From: Macrostomum lignano
Lineage: Eukaryota
Reading direction: 5' to 3'
NCBI GenBank assembly: GCA_002269645.1
Contig: NIVC01000374.1
Coordinates: forward strand, 186,001 to 250,000
Length of the DNA: 64,000 bases
Both the position numbers and the translations under genes were made by a program. This document shows, one piece after another, positions 62,390-64,000 of this stretch (within the stretch, counting starts at the first letter, position 1; the number at the start of each line of letters is the position of its first letter). The notes below the pieces were generated by a model. It was not told the DNA's origin. It ran no database searches and saw only the letters and a list, made by a program, of their open reading frames with translations.

Positions 62390-63830
62390 GAGTGAAAAGG
62401 AAAAGGAATAGACTATTAGAAAGGGAGGAGGGGCGAGAGGGGATAAAAGAAAAGATAGAAGATAACAGGAAAGACGTACGAGGAGGTTGAGGAGAGAGCA
62501 GAGAATATGGGACGAAGAAGCGAGAGGAGGGGAGAGAGAAGGGAGAGGAAATAGTAGAGGTGAGAAGATGGAGAGAGAAGAGGGGAGAGATGAGACAGAG
62601 GATCGATGAGAGAGGAGAGTAGAGAAGAGTGAGAGGAGAGAACAAAGAGGAGATGAGAGTATCGAGAGGGGGGATTAGAAAGGATAGAGGGGAGGAGATA
62701 AAAGGGGAGAGACGAGTGAGAAGAGAGAAGATAGAGATGAGAGAGAGAGAGTTGAGAAAGAAGAGAGGACAAAGGAGAGATGATAGAGTAAAGGGAAGAG
62801 GAGGAGAGAGGAAAGAGATGAGATTGTAGAGATGAGTGAGATGAAAGGAAATATGAGAGAGTAGAGTAGAGATGAGAGATGAAGGAAGAGAGAGCAGAGT
62901 GCGGAGAGACGAGAAAAGAGAATAGAGGGGAGAGAGTATAGAAGAGGGAAGAGAAGAGAGGAGTAAGGAAAGAGAGGAGTCAGAAGAGGGGAAAGAGAAG
63001 AGTACACAGTAGAGAGGAGAGTAGAGATGACAGAAGAGAGAGGGAAATGAGAGAGCAAAGATGAGAGTAAACAGACGATATAAGAGAGGAGAGAGGAGAG
63101 TGAGAGAGAAGAGAGAAGACAAGAGAGGGAGAGAGTATAGAAGAGAGAAGAGAAGAGACGAGAAGAAAGAAGAAAGGATCGAGTCCTCCTGAGTCAAAAA
63201 GGGGAAAGAGAGGAGTACAAGGGGAGAGAGGTGAGAGAACATATGAGAGTAAAGATGACAGATAAGAGAGGGGAGATGAGAGCAGAAACGAGAGTGAACA
63301 GACGAGAGATGGGGGAATAGAGAGAAAAGAGGAGAGATGAGAAGTGAGTGAGGAGAGAGGAGGGGAAGGGAGAGAATCGAGAGGACAGGGGAAATTGGTG
63401 AAAAGGACGAGGGAGGAGAGGAAAGAGGGGAGAGAAGAGAGAGAAGAGAGATAGGATAGGAGAGAGCAGAGAGATGAGAGGAGAGAGTGGACAGAGGAGA
63501 GGAAAGAGTTGAGAGAAGAGAGGAAAAAGGAGAGAGTAGAGATAAGGAAAGTGTTGAGAGAGGGTAGAGTAAGGAGTGAGAAGAGAGGTGAGGGAAGAGA
63601 GAGTAGAGAGCAGAGAGAAATGAGAAAAGATAAAACAGGAGAAAGGAGATATGAGAGACCAGAGACCAGAGCGAAGAGAGAAGAGAGAGAAAAGAATAGA
63701 GTGGAGAGGGAAGAGATGAGAGAAGAGACGAGAGAAGAGACGAGAGAGGAGAGAAGAAAGAAGAGATAAGAGGGGAGAAAAAGAAGAGACGAGAGAGAAG
63801 ATAGGAAACAGAAAAGAAGATGGAAGTTTC
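62390..63830. repeat. 1.4-kb polypurine (GA-rich) low-complexity tract
   Basis: Almost only G and A on the plus strand. Confidence 0.95.
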
Positions 63831-64000
63831 AAAGGATGCAAAGGACATAGGGAGAGGCAGAGGTACGTAAAGGCCAGAGTTTGCCTGACATTCTGCGCAG
63901 CACCCCAGCCAACCATATCAATGTTTGCCTCAAATCCTAATTTTACATGAATGTGCACTACTTTATGTTTAACTCTATCCTAACTATTAACAAGGGAACA

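Noticed and set aside
62292-63958. Leu/Ser-rich 518-aa and 254-aa ORFs
   Set aside because: Artefacts of the polypurine tract

Overview
Eukaryotic (animal) genomic DNA. The genome is most likely a free-living flatworm such as Macrostomum; this is an inference from the GC-rich, polyQ-rich exons, introns packed with minisatellites and TTAGGG-type repeats. I assembled seven spliced or intronless protein-coding genes by hand using GT-AG junctions and phase checks. In order: the 3' part of a PTB/PH-fold, Q-rich protein (+); an SLC15A4-like peptide/histidine transporter (-, 7 exons); a head-to-head C1orf87-like EF-hand protein (+, 11 exons); intronless UBE2F (-); an SLMAP-like FHA protein (-, 2 exons); UTP15 (+, 6 exons); and a divergent nuclear receptor (+). 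Mobile elements include a Crypton-like tyrosine-recombinase fragment inside inverted repeats, an internally deleted long-TIR mariner, a tRNA-headed CORE-type SINE, several MITEs with 8-bp TSDs, a foldback element with a telomere-like core, a gypsy gag relic and a probable Helitron end. Nearly every intron longer than about 300 bp carries its own unrelated minisatellite. The most striking structure is a 531-bp hAT-like MITE nested in the end of a second MITE just after the nuclear-receptor stop codon. It carries a spliceable coding-like exon that could join the receptor in frame. Family assignments rest on motifs I recall, not on database searches.
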